Position numbers and translations under genes: made by a program
The notes under the pieces: generated by a model
The model's input: the letters and a program-made list of their open reading frames with translations, nothing else
The model's database searches: none
What the model was told of the DNA's origin: nothing
Part shown: positions 61,901-64,000 of the stretch, one piece after another
How positions within the stretch are numbered: the stretch's first letter is position 1
Layout of the letters: the number at the start of each line of letters is the position of its first letter
DNA from: Yuukianura sp. NJ FZ-2021
Taxonomy: Eukaryota
Reading direction: 5' to 3'
DNA: 64,000 nucleotides
Assembly: GCA_046563655.1 (NCBI GenBank)
Contig: CM102285.1
Span: 5,456,001 to 5,520,000, forward strand

Positions 61901-64000
61901 GTACTGAAAACACTTGAGCCATACGTCACCCCCCGAACAGAATGGGGCTTATGTTTTAGTGCAAAGAGTCCTAAAAAATATGACAGACAGACGGACGGAC
62001 AAAGTCGTATCAATAGTCTTCTTCAGCATTTCGTAGACATGCGTCTCCAGGAGACTAAAAAGCATGAATTTCGAAATAAAATAAAAGTTCGAATTTACTA
62101 CGAACGGATTTTGAAAAACGTCCTAAAATAATGGAGCAATATGGTGAGGTTTATGTTGCCTATTTTTTGCTTGAAATTTCCCATATTCTAAAGTTTCAGA
62201 TTTAACGGAAATGAATTTGGACTCTGATTGGACTATTTGACTCTTTGGACTAGATTTTAAGAAACTTTTTTATTTTTGTCACTACATACCAATTGGTTAA
62301 GGATATATGAGACTTATTCCTTATTCGTTAGACCTTTCGTTCGTAGTAATTTCGGATACTTGTTATATTTCGAAATTCGTGCTTTTTGAAATCGGCTCTT
62401 TTTGAAGTAGACTCTTTCTGAAACTGGCTCTTTTCGCATAGGCTCTTTTTAAAATTGGCTCTTATGGCATCGGCTCTTTTGCCATAGATTCTTTTCGAAC
62501 TTGGCTCTTTTTGACTGGCTCTTAGGGCATAGGCTCTTTTTGATTTGGCTGTTATGACCTGCTACGTTGTAAATTAATCGTTTTTGTAACAGTACAGATT
62601 TCGTCCAAATAAACATGGTTTCCATAAAACTCAAACATGTTAAATTTAACTTTTAGTATTAATCGATTTGGCTCTATAGTTCAGCGAACAGCAAAATTGT
62701 TGAGCTTGTTTTACGTTTACGTTTACCGCGTTTGTTACGGCTAGCGTTGAAGATGGAAAAAGAAATAAGCTGACCTGTGGATGTGTTGATTGTATTTGGC
62801 GGTGAGCGAGACGGGGAACGTGGTGAAAAAGAGTTTGGAGATTGGACACAGTTTGTATTTTTGTTCTGAAGAGGGATGTGGTGCTGTGTGATGTGAGGTG
62901 TGGGCGGTTGCTGCTGAGATGGGATCAGCAGGGGCCTTAGCGCTTGAGCTAGTAGAGGATCTTGTGCTGGCGGTGCGTCGGTGCTGCCTGACAATACAAA
63001 TCCGTGTTTCGGATCTGTACTACACATCGGCAGACTGCTTCCACCAGGAACCCGTTCGTCAATATCACCGGAGATACTATGCAGGTCATTTTGGGAGAGA
63101 GAAAGTCCTTTAACCTGCAAAGAAATCAGCAGCCATTAACGTTACAAAACGTGGTTGCTAGTTTACCTATAGACATAGTAAGTGTAAGAAGTAAATATAA
63201 GTAAATGTTACTGTATTTCTTTCAGGGGTATGCGCTATGGTTTATCAGATTCAACATGTGTTTGTATCTGTCGTGATCTTTGTGCGGGACGTACTACCAA
63301 GTTCAACTGCGACTACCAGGTGTACTGCCACTGAAATGTAACTTCAGAGAGAGCGTGTACAGTGTACACTGTACACTGTATTAGAGTGAAAACCGAAAAG
63401 ACGTCGGCGGTTTTCATTCGCGTCAATATGCAAGGAATTATTTATTGTAATGGGTTTAGAATTTTTTTTGGAGAGTTATCTTTCAGGGCCGTTTGGAGGC
63501 AAAAGTTATCTAACAATAAAAGTTCACCATCGTACCGAGTGTATTTACCGCTGTTCTATACAGACTCTTTTTTAGGAGTCGTGTTTCCTTGATGGTTCAA
63601 TACCATTGCTTCGAATAGAAATGTTTCGAACCGAATTGTTGACAACAGCTCGGCTTTCAAGTTTCAATAACAATTGTGAGTCAAATACCATGTCAAATAG
63701 TTACTGCCTGTTCTTCCTCTCAATGCGATTTTAGGAGATGATAGTTTATATATTATTTACTTCTGTGATACGGTACATACCTGAAGCCTCTTGGCGGTTT
63801 GAAGAAATGTGTTGAGATTGGCGTCGTCAATGTAGACTTCACCTTTGTACATAAATTCGAGCAAAGCCCTAAGATTAGCCGCCAGTGTTCCGTCCAAGAT
63901 TACCACCAGATTTTGAGCCGTGGAGCACTGCTCGAATAGCTCTTGGAAATGGACACTGCTTGCTGCCAAAACGACGCGGTGAGCTCGGTAGCTCTCACCT
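52944..64000 (-). CDS. chinmo: BTB-zinc finger transcription factor Chinmo (5' end beyond the window). Exons >64000-63781, 63114-62775, 56112-55932, 55478-55285, 55215-54976, 53395-52944
   Basis: BTB: YRAHRVVLAA...VVILDGT...NLRALLEFMYKGEV...AKRLQ|VKGLS. The C2H2 pair KKLKCPFCERLYGYETNLRAHIRQRHQGIRVPCPFCTRTFTRNNTVRRHVAREH is recognised as the Chinmo finger pair. All junctions are GT-AG and phase-compatible. Confidence 0.9.
53668..54619. mobile_element. Foldback element with asymmetric ends and 15-bp subterminal arrays, in the last chinmo intron
   Basis: Ends AGCAGCAGGT...ACATGGAATC. AAAAGTGAAATGGCC-type arrays are inverted on the two arms. TSD AAGGGAAAT(A) at 53659 and 54620. Confidence 0.85.
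56556..57444 (-). mobile_element. HINE family A copy 1 (5'-truncated)
   Basis: AACAAGGTAGGGCGATGCTCAAGGGTTGAGCATAGGTCTTCTGGAG (3' hairpin plus subTIR) through to GGACGGACAAAGTCGT. Confidence 0.8.
57462..58711. repeat. 188-bp tandem array, ~6.6 diverged copies
   Basis: TTCTCCGGGTACGA-like motif at 57501, 57688, 57876, 58064, 58253, 58449 and 58637. Confidence 0.92.
58791..59606 (-). mobile_element. HINE family A copy 2 (complete)
   Basis: Both subTIRs (GTCTTCTGGAG / CTCCAGAAGAC), the (GGAC)n microsatellite, the 3' hairpin and A/T-run flanks are present. Confidence 0.85.
59722..61155 (-). mobile_element. HINE family A copy 3, interrupted by a TTCCA-rich foldback (60139-60644)
   Basis: Same ends as copy 2. 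The insert has ACGCTGAAT...ATTCAGCGT ends and TTCCA/TGGAA inverted arrays. Confidence 0.8.
61156..62061 (-). mobile_element. HINE family A copy 4
   Basis: AAGGTAGGGCAGTGCTCAAGGGTTGAGCAT...CTCCAGGAGACTAAAAA. It abuts copy 3 and its interior resembles copy 2. Confidence 0.85.

Larger units (their letters stand above)
56421..62566. mobile_element. Foldback element of the same end type, expanded to ~6.1 kb by nested insertions
   Basis: Left GGTTCCATGTCATAAACCGCCAAATCAAAAAGAGCCTATGC, right GCATAGGCTCTTTTTGATTTGGCTGTTATGACCTGCTACG. AAAAGAGCC 15-bp arrays. Flanks TTGTAAAAT / TTGTAAATT. Confidence 0.75.

Overview
Eukaryotic, AT-rich, intron-containing arthropod DNA. A springtail/Collembola-like hexapod is inferred from gene content but not proven. 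Spliced genes reconstructed by hand: SEH1 (-), a ~390-aa multi-TM chemoreceptor-like gene (-), CHMP4/shrub (+), an RZ-family RGS with a cysteine string (+), a disrupted F-box gene (-), a ZAD-like/C2H2 zinc-finger gene with an apparent 1-nt frameshift (+), and the 3' part of the BTB-ZF gene chinmo (-, running off the right edge). Repeats: a 215-bp satellite (1-4716), a 354-bp satellite with higher-order structure (28129-37398), a 188-bp array, several Helentron/DINE-like non-autonomous elements and many MITEs, some nested. Most notable are (i) perfect let-7 and miR-125 8mer sites about 150 nt apart in the putative long chinmo 3' UTR, (ii) three foldback elements with shared asymmetric ends (GGWTCCAKGT...ACCTGCTRC), 8-10 bp TSDs and different subterminal repeat motifs, one swollen to 6.1 kb by nested insertions inside a chinmo intron, and (iii) an unexplained GC-rich structured island at 10369-10548. 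No prokaryotic system or CRISPR array is present. All identifications come from reading the sequence and recalled family motifs, with no database search.
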